Source of the DNA: Psammoneis japonica
Lineage: Eukaryota
NCBI GenBank assembly: GCA_008632985.1
Contig: QPGO01000069.1
Coordinates: forward strand, 186,001 to 250,000
Length of the DNA: 64,000 nucleotides
Direction: 5' to 3'
Each line of letters begins with the position of its first letter. Position 1 is the first letter of the stretch. The position numbers and the translations under genes are program-made. This document shows positions 23,803 to 36,472 of this stretch, piece after piece. The notes beneath the pieces were generated by a model. That model had not been told where the DNA came from. It did not search any database and saw only the letters and a list, made by a program, of their open reading frames with translations.

Positions 23803-25934
23803 TTACCAGTCACTCGAGCCTGTGCTGTGCTTTGAACCAATTCTTGATACCGGAATGACTTGGCCTGTGACATCATTCTTCAGATGCCAGGCAACTGATC
23901 TGTGTTTGGCCATGACTCGAAGAGGAACAGGTTCACCTTCTAGTTTCCATGGTGGAGGCTGTACGATAAGGGCGTGGGCCTGCCGTCTCCACTCATCTTC
24001 TTGTTCAGGAGTCGTCGGTCCTATAACTGGCTTCGGGATACCGTGCTTTTCCATTAGATATCGCTCCATCTTTTCAATGTCAGCCACGGGCATACGCCCC
24101 TTGAAGGCCGCCAGTTCAGACACCGCCCCTTCTCCCTCACCACTCATACCGTCGCCGTAGCACAAGGACATGTCAAAGCAATGATCCGCACCAATGGTAA
24201 GACCATCCAATGCAGCTTCTCCTCTTGACTGAGATGATGACGATGAAGAAGACGAGCTGGATGAATTCGAATCGTTTCGCCAATAGCCAGCATCCAAACG
24301 CTCGTTTCGGCCATCTATGCGAATCATGGAATTCTCCCCGTCAAACACAGCAACATAGCAATGCCACAGCCCGGGACCAATATGACCACGATAAATATCT
24401 TCATCTCTTGGATCGCCGACATTGTCATCGTCATGGACATAGTTGGAAAGCGATGTTCCCATGTGCGTGTCCGAAATGGGGCATTCGCATTTCACTCCGA
24501 TTTCTCGCATGGTCTGTCGGTTGGCGTCGTACGAATCGCAACTGCTGTCGTCAGAATCAAAGCTACTTCTCTGGGAGAAATCTTCGAGACGCGACTTTGG
24601 ACTTCCGACAGCCTCGGGAGAAGCTCGATCCGTGACAACACAAATGGGACTCATGTCCACGAGTGCATCACGCGGGTCGCACGGATACATGTGTCCTAGC
24701 TCATAGCGACGTTTCAATCCGGAAAAAAAGCACCCATCTTCTGTCGCAATAGCGACGCAAAACACAGTGACGGCACCCTGGACGGGTCCGCATGCAAAAG
24801 GTGGCGTCATGATGCGCACCGCATGAGTGCCTTCAGCGTTCAGAAACTGCAATGATCTCTGCCGTCTCCCACCGATAAATGAGGTGTTTTCTGGAGGCTG
24901 CTTCTCTTTTGAGCTGAGAATCATTCTTGGCAAAACTAGATGCTGCAAATCACGCCGTCTCTTGGCTCGCATGGCTCTTGATCGTCTCTGTTCCTGACGC
25001 CGCACCATTTCCCAGTCTGTAATTTGCTTATCGGTTTCGCCTCCTTCACTATTGTCGTCATCATCAGCATCCCAGCAAAGGCAATACCCATCTGGTCGGG
25101 CAAAGGTCGCTCCACGAACCGCAAATGTCGTGCTATATTCCTTGTTTGACAGCTTTGAATTCGATCTCTGAGCAATCTGTGTTTGTTGTAGCGACGCCGA
25201 TATTTCTTCCTCGGTCTTTCCTTCGATCATCTTTTGAGACACTGATAAAAGTACAATCTACAAAAAGCAATAACCAGTTAACAGTGAGTTGAGATTGTGT
25301 TTCTTTCCGCAGAGCTGGTCATGTTAGTTGTCGAACGTACATTTATGAAATCAGGAGCATATCCGAATGGGCGCAACACGTCAAACGGAACACGGTATCC
25401 CTGCCACTCGTGGCTGCATGTTTGTCGTCTCGTTCCACTCATACTAACTTGTTGCCTAGCAATACGTGAAGACGCCGCCGCAAGAGTTCGAAAGGCTGGC
25501 ACGTGTTTTTTCTTCTCATCCTCACTTCCCGCATACGACGGCCCACCGCTTGGCGCAAACGCATCTGTACAACTTTCGTAGTAATTGTCTGTTTCCTCTT
25601 CCGACTCCAACGACTCTCCCAATTGTACTGACAGTATCTGAATTCCCATGGGAGGAAACCACGCCAAGCAAAAGGTACCGCTCGAATCATTCTCAAACTC
25701 GGATCGGCTCATGTAACTCTCCTGAAACATGCGACGAGCCATGGTGGGCAACAAGAGCGAAGAGACCGGGTAGTATGCATTTTCTTGTGCCGATTCCTCT
25801 GCAACCTCAACAATAACAGCAACCACTAGTCGTCTCCATCGTCGATTGACATTGGAAAGCGTCGCCAACTCCGTGTTGGAAGCCGTGAAACGTGCTAGCC
25901 ACCGAATCGCCACCTCTGGAATGTCCGCCGGCAT
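23803..25934 (-). CDS. Hypothetical protein (2 exons), possible C-terminal LamG/concanavalin-like fold
   Basis: ORFs 25278-26012 and 23803-25242 are joinable by an intron near 25245-25338. WHCYVAVFDGENSMIRIDG...LTIG...G.VSELAAF..R resembles LamG-like domains (inference). Confidence 0.7.
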
Positions 25935-26576
25935 GACTGGGTATTTCTTCTTCTTTTTATGAAATATTACTTTACGAGCACTACAGAAACAACATGGTGG
26001 CCCACCACACAAGGCTATTGGAGAGAGAGCTCCATCCTCTCTTTCTTGAAAGGGAGGCTTCTCTCACCTCCGTTGGGGGTGTCCACGACTTTATCGGCAA
26101 CGATGAAAGTGACCGCAAACACAAAAACACCGCCATCGAGGCGCCAAACGGCCGAACACCGCGTGCGTGAAGAAGCGAATGGCGGCTTATTTACACTTCT
26201 TCATACCGTAAGCTCTTATCATCAAACAACTTATATGTATCCGAATAACTATAATTAGGTCACATTAAATAAAATATAAACGACTAAATAAAAATATACA
26301 ACGGAAATGAATTGCAGACCGCCGTCCATCCGTGGGTCGTGTGCACAATGCACAACGGCTACTACGGGCACAGGCACTTCGAAGTAGATAGGAAGTAGAC
26401 TATTGCGGCGACCAGAGAGTACCTTAAACCTTAATGGCTGCAACGTTTGACTGTTGAACGTACCTTGCGAGCTATTCACGAAAGATTCAAATCAAGTTCT
26501 CAGCTGGGAAAGGTTCTGTACAATTGGCGGTCTCAGATGGATAGCACTCAGTGAGAAATTTGCAGAAAAAGTGATC

Positions 26577-27710
26577 ATGTTTATACGAAGGCAAAGACGT
26601 GTGGCCTTTTGCATCTGCTTTAGTTTTGTTGTATGTTCCATCATAAATAATGGCATTCTGGTGTCATCACTGGTCATCAGTGTGCGACGATTTCGAAATT
26701 TGCCAATCATACGCCGGAAGTGGGGTTATGTGCGAGGTGACAAGTACGGAGCGACCAACAATTCTACAATTCCCACGGCAAGTGAGGCTGCCTTGGCGGT
26801 AGGTGTAAAACCACCCATGAATGCTTCGTCCTTTGTTTGGACACGCGCTTGGAGACTTCATCGATTTCTCATTCCTTGGCTTCATCGATTTGACAAGTTG
26901 AAACCGACCGAATCAAGTTATTCACTCCAATGCTTGTGGAACAAAGCACTCTCTGGCAACGACCCAAACAGTCTTGTTTTTGATAATTCACTCGCCCATG
27001 ATGTTTTGCCGGCAGGGACACGTGTCTTGGTTTGCAAACGATTGAGAAGATTCTATCCTAGATTGCATCACGCAAACATTGAAATTCGTACCGCCTTTTT
27101 GGACCAAGCCGTGACTGACATTGTTGGCAAAGTTCGCGAGCAAAACAATTCGACAGCAATCCAACTCGTATCCTTGGGGGCTGGATACGATACTAGATCC
27201 ATCAAATTTATGGAACGAGGGCTCGTGCAAAAAACAGTAGAGCTCGATTTACCCCAGGTTGTAAAAGCCAAGAGTGCAATTCTTTCCAAGCGCTTCTCCA
27301 AAAGGCGGCCATGGCTCAAACCTGACATGCTTCCAGAATTCTACTCTATTGATTTGAATGACATAAAGGAGGTTCAACGGACGTTGAGCAAAGTACTCGA
27401 CAAGTTTAAAGCGTCGTACGAAAACGTGTACACTATATTTTTGTTGGAGGGAGTTATGATCTACCTCAATGATGGGGTTCCTAGTGCCTTGTTGGGTGCC
27501 ATGTCCCAGGCGTTGCGAAGCTCAGGGTTGGACGGAACACTGTGTTTTGCTGATCGTTTGGAAAACGTTCCAGGAGGTGACGTGGAGCTTGGTCGAAAAG
27601 AACTGGAACGTGGCGGATGGAAAATGACCAGGTGGCAGCCAAAGCCAGGATTGGCGAGACACATGGGCTGTGCACAATTCGCTTTCGATATAGCGCAGAA
27701 CGTAAAATGA
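26577..27710 (+). CDS. SAM-dependent methyltransferase, leucine carboxyl methyltransferase (LCM) family
   Basis: IRTAFLD, QLVSLGAGYDTRS, ELDLPQVV and FLLEGVMIYL motifs. Confidence 0.85.
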   Translation: MFIRRQRRVAFCICFSFVVCSIINNGILVSSLVISVRRFRNLPIIRRKWGYVRGDKYGATNNSTIPTASEAALAVGVKPPMNASSFVWTRAWRLHRFLIPWLHRFDKLKPTESSYSLQCLWNKALSGNDPNSLVFDNSLAHDVLPAGTRVLVCKRLRRFYPRLHHANIEIRTAFLDQAVTDIVGKVREQNNSTAIQLVSLGAGYDTRSIKFMERGLVQKTVELDLPQVVKAKSAILSKRFSKRRPWLKPDMLPEFYSIDLNDIKEVQRTLSKVLDKFKASYENVYTIFLLEGVMIYLNDGVPSALLGAMSQALRSSGLDGTLCFADRLENVPGGDVELGRKELERGGWKMTRWQPKPGLARHMGCAQFAFDIAQNVK

Positions 27711-28159
27711 GAGTTGATTCAATTGCTGTTTGCTACTTAGACTAACTCTGACTTGAAACAAATGGCCTGCTTGGTAATTTCGGAAGTCGCGACCACTCAC
27801 AGCAAACAGAAATCACGGAGTTTTGCTTGCTGGACTTCCCGCCACCTTTGAAATTTTTGCAGTTCGCAAGACATTTTATATCCGTCTTCAGTTTTTAAAA
27901 TTTATAATACATTTTTGGAATTCTTCAATGCTAGTATTTCTTCTGACACGTCAGTACTTTCTCCCGCCATTCGCGCAGTGATCGAAAACCACCACCAACC
28001 TTCACAATTCCAGTGCCAAAAAGCCATAAGCGAACGACAGCATGTCTCGAGAGTCGGATCGAGGAACGAGGAAACGATACATCAGGACAACTCCCCTGCT
28101 CTGCGATCAAACGACGCAAAGTTTGCGGAGATTGACTTGGAAAACCTGCAAAGGAGGCG

Positions 28160-30875
28160 ATGTGTAAGCAGCGACGATTCTTCCGCTATACGGTATGTTG
28201 GGCATCGCTCGTGCTCGTGGCAAGATCAATGGAAGATCCAGGTAGCATCCTTCGCGCAGATAAATCGTCACAACCAAATTCAAGATGTAAGGAACTTCCA
28301 ACCTTTGATTCATCAGTGAAACCTGAAACCGTAGTAAGCTTCCTTGCCCTCGGCGATATTCCGTATACAATAGACCAAAGATATTGTCTCAACCACCAAC
28401 TTCGAGAAGTGAACATGACCAAGGAAGGCGCTGAATTCATGATTCATGTAGGAGACATAAAAGATGGAAATCGTGAATTTGACTGTGATTTTAATGCCTA
28501 CAATGACATTGCTCAGATATTTTCTCATCCGGAAAACGCGGTTGGCTATGAGTGAGTCATTGTTTTGTTCGTCTTAATTGTGAATGCAACTATTTCACTC
28601 ACCTTCATTTAAGTCCTCGAGATGTATTCTTTGTTCCTGGTGATAATGAATGGGCTGATTGCGAATACCTCGATCATAGCTGGAATCTATGGATGGATCA
28701 TTTCGGTCCAAATAGTGGGTTTGGGTCGTTTTCGAAGAGGAAATTACGGGTGATTCGGCAGTCAAAGGAAGAAAGACTTCCCGGTGTAGATAGATCCGAG
28801 AACTTTGCATTTTTCATGAACTCATGCGTCTTTATCGGGTTGAACATGGTAGGGGGTGATCCTCTGGGAGATGAAGAGATTCGACTTGCGCAGAACTTTT
28901 TGTGGGTTAAGCAAAAGTTGAAAGCTTACTCAGAGCATGGTATGAAAGCTGCTTTCTTGTTTGGTCACGCCCCGATTAAACCAAAAGATATCAGGAGACA
29001 ACTTTTTGGTAATGCGTTCTTTGATCTTCTGAAAGAAGATTATCCCGACCTTCCAGTGATGTACATTCACGGCGATTGGCACGACTACTGTACTTCGTAT
29101 CCCGACAGCGACAATCTCAACCTCGTTGATTTGGAGGTTGATGCCGGTATTCAAGCACCTCCTGTCTTGGTAAAGCTTCTTCGCGATCCCAAGAGTGGTA
29201 CTTATAGGTTTGCTACTGACCGTCGAGGAGGGCTTTATGAACCAGAAGGAAACTGTCCCTTCATTAAAGAACAAACCTGGAACGATCCGGTTGTTCCTTC
29301 GAACCCTAATTATGTGAAGTATGAATACTTTGGCAAAGGGCCTAACAGGAATCTAAAGACGTGCCAGGGAAACTGTGGAAGGTGACTACGTACTGCTGTG
29401 CCCCGTGCTGAAGAAATGAAACGTCCATTATTCTTACGCTACTTTTCTTTCGCTCGTTTGCCTCCTCTTTTATGTTTGGGGGCTACAGGGATTCTGACTG
29501 CGTGGGTGAACTCCTCTGTTTCAAACGCAATTATGATGAGGATGTTCCAGGATGTTACGGCGCAACTAAACGAGCTAAAAATTGTGAGTTTCGCCATTGT
29601 ATCCACGTCTCATTTGTTTTTCTTTCTAACTCTGTCTTTGCTCACTTACCACAAAGATTGCTACAACCCAAAGTGGAACGCGAAAAAGAAGACGAGTAAG
29701 CCCGGCCCAACTCCGGCTTCACCTCCAATAAAAGATCGACCTGCAGAACCAACTCCAAAGCCGCCCTCGGTCAGTCCTAAACAGCCGCCTGCTCCGGATT
29801 TCCCTCAGGGAGCGATTCTTCCTCAACTAAAATATATCGCCAAGAATCCGAAGAAGCGATTGAAAGCATGTCACGGAGATTGCGATACAGACAAAGATTG
29901 TAAGGAAAAACTTGAGTGTTACAAAGGCGACATAAATGAAGCAATTCCAGGTTGTATTGGGGAGCGCTATCGCAATTCCGATTATTGCTTTGACCCGCGG
30001 AGCATCAAACAAGAAAGAGGAGTACCCCTTGTGTCAAATCCAACTCTGTCGCCAACAAGTCCCCCGAAAGAACCCTCTAAAGCACGCCTTCCCCGACTGA
30101 AATGGATCGCAAGGAATCCAAACGAACCATTGGGAGTCTGCCAAAGCGATTGTGATAGCGACGAGGATTGTAAAGGTAGCTCCCTTCTTTGTTTCCGAGG
30201 CAACAAGGCACTGAACAAGGTACGGGTTCCTGGTTGTAAAGGCAGAAGACTGAGCAATTATGATTACTGCTATGAATCAAAGTACGATGCGATAGTAGAC
30301 GACGAAACATCGTCCATTCCGTTGCCGAAACCGGTGGAGCCTGTTCGAAATGGACTCTACAATGAGCTATCGTACGTTTCCAGAAGTCCTAGCAAACCGC
30401 TGAAACTGTGCGAAGCCGATTGTGATTCGGACAGCCAATGCAAGGGCTCACTCGTGTGCTTTACTAACCGGGTGGCGAAGCAAACAAACCAAGACATGCC
30501 GCCTGGGTGCGTTGGGATACGACATGAGGACGCAGACTATTGCTATGACCCGAAAGGTCGCCCTCCCCTCATTTTTGTTGCAGCCAATCCAAAATCTCGA
30601 CTTGACGTATGTCAAGGACATTGTAATTCCCATAAAGATTGCAAAGGCAGGCTGCGATGCAAGAAGCGCGTCAATTTCGATTTGGTGAAAGGATGCCGAG
30701 GATTAGGGCGGAAGAACATAAATTGTAAGTCACGTTGTGCACTTTGTTTATCTGTTGGCATGATGGCGCCGAAGAAAGAAGCGAGGATAACTATGTTCCG
30801 GTCTGGTACTGACTCTGGTTTCTAACTCTTGTCAATTTCTCTACTGTAGATTGCTACGATCCCCTCTCGAACTGA
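28160..30875 (+). CDS. Calcineurin-like metallophosphoesterase fused to five frustulin-type cysteine-rich repeats with Pro-rich linkers (4 introns)
   Basis: ALGDIPY, HVGDIK, VPGDNEW, FGHA and YIHGDWH motifs, then repeats C(Q/H/E)xxCDxDxDC...LxC...(V/I/P)PGCxG...DYC. GT-AG introns at ~28552-28613, ~29382-29488, ~29584-29655 and ~30725-30849 keep one frame. The start codon is uncertain. Confidence 0.82.
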
Positions 30876-31449
30876 GAACACAACGTCTGTGGTCGATAAA
30901 GAAAACACAGCTTCTCTACACGGTGATCTTGCGTCTTACATACACAGACGCCATTTATCATGACAAGCACATTATGTTTGATGATGCTAGTCAGAGTTAG
31001 AACTGGTATGAACTCCTTGGTGTGCTTTTCACCATTTTTCCCAATGTAGCGGATTATACACCGGAGGGAGGACTGCGTATGAATCGTGCAGTAACGTTGG
31101 TGCAGTTCAATCATTCATTAGGTTTAAAAATGAACTCTATCAGATAGACCTGCCTTTGTCCTGTTTACTTGCTAGGAATGAAGGGAGCGCAACTGCTTGT
31201 CATCGAAGTGCAAGGTTGCCGCCTTGTGCCGCTTGTTGGCTGTGTACCATGTTTGATTTTAGTCGTTGGAATCGAAGATCTCAGAATGGAAAAGAATGTT
31301 CTTTGAGTGCGCGAGACGACGACTCACTCTCCAACTCTGCTTCATCCTTCCTCTTGCTTCTGTTTCCTTCGTTGACACTCTCTAATAACTCGACTCTTTC
31401 CTCTCCGTCTCCTCTTCTGTCATAAAAAAAAGAAGGGACGTCTTGGACG

Positions 31450-32538
31450 ATGGTTCGTTTGCTTGTTTCTGCGCTTCTGTTCTTGGTTCACACCCATGGT
31501 TTCGCGCTTGTCCCAATCACGGGCGTTTCCAGAAGAAGCCGGGCTTACTCAGCATCGTTGCTTTCCGCCGTAAAGAACGACGTAAATTTCGCTCGTCGAG
31601 TGGTGGAAAAAGTCCATCCGTCGATTGCGCTGGTAACACCAATGGGGGTGCGAAACATGACGATGCAAGGCACTGGCTTTGTAGTGGATCCTCTGTCCGG
31701 AACAACACGAGACGAAGTTTATCTCTTGACAGCAGCTCACGTGGCTGCGCCAGGATATGGCTTGACTGTCAAATTTCCTGGTAGCAAGGACCCAATCGGT
31801 GCTACAGTGGTTGCACGAGACGTACCCACCGATTTGGCATTGATTCGAGTTGATGCCAAGCGAACAAACAACGGCGAAAAATCCTTTGTTTCTGGCGAAC
31901 CGCTCGAATTCGCAAACGAGGAATCCGAAGCGGCAACGGGATCCCTCGTATTTGCCAATGGTTATCCAGGCGGGATTACGGGTGGACCAGCTATAACAAT
32001 GGGTGTCGTTTGCGCAATGGCTGAAGGTTTCCCGATTGGCAACGGGAGAGTTGAGGATACCGTTCTCCATGCCAATACCACGTTTGTAGTTACAGATGCG
32101 GCCATGTCAGGCTGAATGTCGGGTGGACCGCTTGTCGACGTGGACGGTCGAGTTTGGGGAGTGAATGCCTTGGTTCGACCCGACATGAGAGCATTGGGTA
32201 ATTATGCCATTTCTGCCAAGACTTGTCAAGAGTTCTTAGACAGCATCCCGAGTCACAAGAAAGAAGGTTCTATTCATACCGAAACAAAGCCAGCTGGATT
32301 TCGAGTTGTCTTGTACAACGACCCAATGAACAAGCGAGAGAGGGTTGCACGTATTCTGCGAGAAGTTGCACAATTGAACGAAGCTACTGCGAACAACGTC
32401 ATGATGAAAGCTCATACGACAGGTGAAGGAGTTGTTAAAGAATTCCCAGCGGCGGAGAGGCGCGTTGATGCGGATGCCTTTTGTCGGTCCTTGAGGGAGC
32501 AGGACATTTTAGTAGAAGTGCAAGAGATGGTTGCGTGA
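31450..32538 (+). CDS. Deg/HtrA-like trypsin-fold serine protease plus C-terminal ClpS-like domain, probably plastid-targeted; in-frame TGA at 32113-32115
   Basis: QGTGFVV, LLTAAHV, TDLALIRV and DAAMSG*MSGGPLVD motifs; FRVVLYNDPMNKRERVARIL...VMMKAHTTGEGVV is ClpS-like. A signal peptide is followed by Phe (THG-FAL). Confidence 0.8.
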
Positions 32539-32741
32539 CGAGAGGACCGCCAGAATATATTTGACTTGAAGATAGACCCAAAAAATAGACTTCTAAAACA
32601 GCACAAAAGGACTGAGTAGTGTGCTTTAGAGCCAACTCATTCGATAGCGACGATTCTCTATTATTCTTGAAATTACGCGTACCCAATACTTGAGGTTCCT
32701 TCATTCTATAGTCAGTTCAGTGAAACTCCCTCAGGCAGTAC

Positions 32742-34308
32742 TTAGAAAGTTCCAGCAGGCACATCAACCTCGTTCTCAATAATCTGTTCCAGCTTTTGTC
32801 TTTTGCGAATCAAATGAACGCCACCATCCGTATCCACAAGCACCTCTGGTGCTTCAGGGAAACTATTGTAATTCTTGGTACTCATTCCAGAACAGTAAGC
32901 GCCACTTCCATCCATGACCAAGATATCCCCAATCTCAGCCTTGCGAGCAGTTGTCCGAGATAGCGATTCCGGTTCACCAGGCTCTGGAGTCATGAGGTCT
33001 CCGCTCTCACAGCAATGGCCAACAACGACAACATCCTCTGATTCAGATCCGATATCCTCTGTCTTGCCCGAGCCTGGAAGTACAGTGATTGGATGCACAG
33101 CGCCATAGAGGGAAGGACGAAGGACGTCAGTCATGCCAGCATCTAACTTCAAAAAGGTGTTACCGCCCTCTCCAGTGGTGATGACCTTGTCTTGAACGGT
33201 ACTAACGAGAGCGCCAGCCATGGCAACAAGGTAAGTACCCGGTTCAATTTCCATGTGCAGTTCCCGCCCATCGTTTTCTTTGGCAAATGTGCGAAATGCC
33301 TCAGCCACTGGCTTGCCAATTTCCTGCAGATCAGTTGTCGGCTCACCCGGATTACGTCCAACCTTGTAACCGCCTCCCAAGTTTAAAGTGGTAACGTCGG
33401 GGAAAAGCTTACAGAAGGAAAGCGACTTGGTTGCAACCTGCTGCCAAATTTCAGGATCGCTACCAGAGCCAATGTGAGTGTGAATCCGTTCCACCTTGAT
33501 TCCGTATTTCTCAACAATCGAGGGTACTTCTCCGCCCTCTACGAGTTCGTGCCAAATACCAAACGATGATGACGGGCCTCCGACGTTTGTTTTGGAGAAT
33601 GTTGTTGTAGAAGATGAGAATCCACCAGATCCGACACCAGGGTTGATCCGGATACCAACCTCCTTTCCTTGTCCATCGTAATGCTTTCCGAAACGTTCTA
33701 ACTGTGACACAGAGCTGATGACAATATAGAGACGCCCGATCAACAAGGTGAGATATTCCCAAAACGAAATCGAAGCGTAAGGGAAAGATTAAGTTGGTCC
33801 GTCAAACATACCATGCATTCAACTTCACTCCCATGTCTACCAATTCAGCAAAGTCTTCTGGCAATTCCTGAGTACTAAGAGAAATATTCTCAGGAGGGAT
33901 TCCAGCATTCATGGCTCGTCTAACCTCGTATCCCGAAGACGCATCAATGTGAATGTTCATGGAATGAAAGAGCTTGAGAATCGCAGAGTTGGGACACGCC
34001 TTCATCGCGTATCGAACAGTGAGGCCATAGGCATTTGGAAAGGCCAAGCAATCATTAGCGGCACCTTTCAGCTTGTCCATGGAATAAGCATAAAGAGGAC
34101 TTCCACCAGCGACGTCAATGCAAGCCTTTGCTGTTTCGGCCGAGAGAAACACGGAGGAGTCTGGGTTTGCTGCATTGAGAGAGACACCATGAGATCGAAT
34201 CGCACGACCATGCTTTACGGGAGAGAAAGCATTACACACAAAGCCCGTAGAGCCGGCAAGAGCCAATGCAGAGACTACCGAGGTGCGAAACATCATGGTC
34301 GATTCCAC
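32742..34308 (-). CDS. lysA: Diaminopimelate decarboxylase, plastid-targeted (1 intron ~33717-33811)
   Basis: [14 protein letters not shown] (PLP Lys), [38 protein letters not shown] and [12 protein letters not shown] motifs; CNA-FSP presequence. Confidence 0.95.
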
Positions 34309-34709
34309 AACGAAGGTGCAAATGCAGCGAAATGATGAACGGTGTCACAAAATTGACTGCGGCGCGAAAGAACAAGTTGAATGAGGTGGCTCGCAGAGAT
34401 CGGAGGGAGAAAATGGATGGACGATGATGTTTGCGTAGAAAACACGTAAACTTGTAGGGCCTACTACGGAAAGATCCAAATGAGCATCACTTTTACCGGT
34501 AGGGATAAGGATAAATCAAGGCAATCCGGGATAGGCAGACGAGCGCTTTCAACGCAAACGGCTTGATGATAGATAGATACCGGTAGATTCGATTATGATA
34601 CTGTAGATAGGTGCATGATAGATAGATAGATAGAAGATAGGGTAGGGTAGTATTTTCCTTCTACAGTATCTATTACTAACTCCTCTATACGGTATTAGAG
34701 TAGAAGTAG

Positions 34710-35992
34710 CTACAAGACCCCAGTTAGCCACGTTCGGCCTAGTAAAGTCAGCAGCATCAATCGAGATTGCTCGTTTGTTAATTTTGGATGCCACACGTCA
34801 AACTGTGCTTCCTGCAGTTTTGAGAGGTATTGCAATGCTGGCACCGCTGGCAACAGACATGGCCTCCCATCCTTTGGAACTTTGTGTTGCAGTTCCCTCG
34901 CCTTTGCTAGGTGCGACGAAGCTAAATGGGCCACCTGCTGGACAGCCTCCTGCATAGCTTGTTCATATTCAGGCTTTACTTCTGACTCTGAGTCGCCACG
35001 AAGCATGAGGTACTGCGAAGGCGGAATTCCGCTACTAAAGGCATCCACCGGCAGAGAAAGTTCACCAAAATATACTCGATGACGAGCAGATCGGATGGCA
35101 TTGACCAACCCAATTCCCACACCGACATGATTTGCAACAATATCAGCTTCATCCTCTCGAACCTTACATTTATAGCAACGAGGTTTTGATTTTCATAGCG
35201 AGTTAGATGCTGATGAGTGACTCTCAGAAGAAAAGGACGGAACTACATGTTGCCTTACCCCGACACATTCAAGCGATAGATAAAGCGAACTCGACATTGT
35301 ATCCTCGGCATACATTAGAGCATCTTCCATGGTGGCCATTTGTTGAATGTCTAGATCGGCTTCTCGTGCATCGACCAGCCGACCCAGAAACCGCCTCGTT
35401 AGCTGAGACTCTTCTACCGCCTCACTCAAAGCCCGAACCACCGGATTGTGCCAACACGACCCAGAGGAACTCGCCAGGAATCCGGCGGAACTAGGCTCTG
35501 GTGGCGGTACTGTCTCATCATCTTGGTACAATTCTGTCAGAGCATCTCTCCACCACTGCATGCGCATTCTTAGTGCAAGCGACGATCCCTCTGATGTTTG
35601 TTGGTGCTTTCCAGTTGCGTGTCCCCTAAGGCGATCGCTACTGTCCTTGATGGATGCAAGCTCCACATTAAATGCCCGAATGGCAAAGTATGATTTTTGT
35701 GCGTGCGACGGCATTAGCAAACCACACACTGAATCATCAAAGGTATATAAAACGAAAGGATTAGAGCTCATCGAGACTGGCCATTACGAGTAGAAAAGTA
35801 AGCACAAGAACACTTACAATAACCTTCTCGGTCTCGTTGCTGGACAAGATCAACACAGTGAGCATGATCTTGTTTCATTTGATTTGAATCTGTTGCTTTT
35901 CGGGAAGTTGCGAAACAGCGAACGTAGACACATCGACGTCGATGCCTGGACACCTTTGATAGATAACCAAGCAAGCCCGACGAGACAACCAT
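34710..35992 (-). CDS. NDUFAF6: NDUFAF6-like squalene/phytoene synthase-family complex I assembly factor (3 exons)
   Basis: HCVDLVQQRDREGY, YFAIRAFNVELASIKD, RMQWWRDAL, LVDAREADL, YAEDT and ASSHLAKAR motifs. Confidence 0.85.
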
Positions 35993-36472
35993 TTTTGTCG
36001 GCACGTATCCACTAGACCCCACTGTGCTGCGCAAAAATCAAGGTGCAATCTCTAGCCACTATCGCTCTCTCGTCTCAAGTAATAGGGTTTGAATTGAATC
36101 AGGGATACGAACAGGTTACGACGTGTGAGCCTTGGCACTGACTAGGCAATGAACATGCGAAGCACAGCTCTCAACAAAGAACAATGTACTCGTACACAAA
36201 GTGCATGCACATGCGACATCATTGTGTGCTTGTGCGGTGGCGAAAACAGAAAAAACAAAAAAATCAAAAATCAAAAAAAATCAAAATAAAACTCAAAAAT
36301 CAAAGCATGGCCGCCTGGAAGCCAAAGATACAGCGCGATGGAAGGATGGAAGGACGCCCCAGTCAGCTCCAGTCACAAAACAGGGTTATTTAGATATATC
36401 CTCACGAAGATTCGAATAAAGGGTGTTCGCTTCGCGTTGCTCACAAAATTGCGAAAAAGCAATCGCGCGAAG

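Noticed and set aside
32113..32115. Selenocysteine or alternative genetic code
   Set aside because: The TGA aligns to a conserved Gly (one base from GGA), other genes here use TGA as a terminator, and I could not identify a SECIS.
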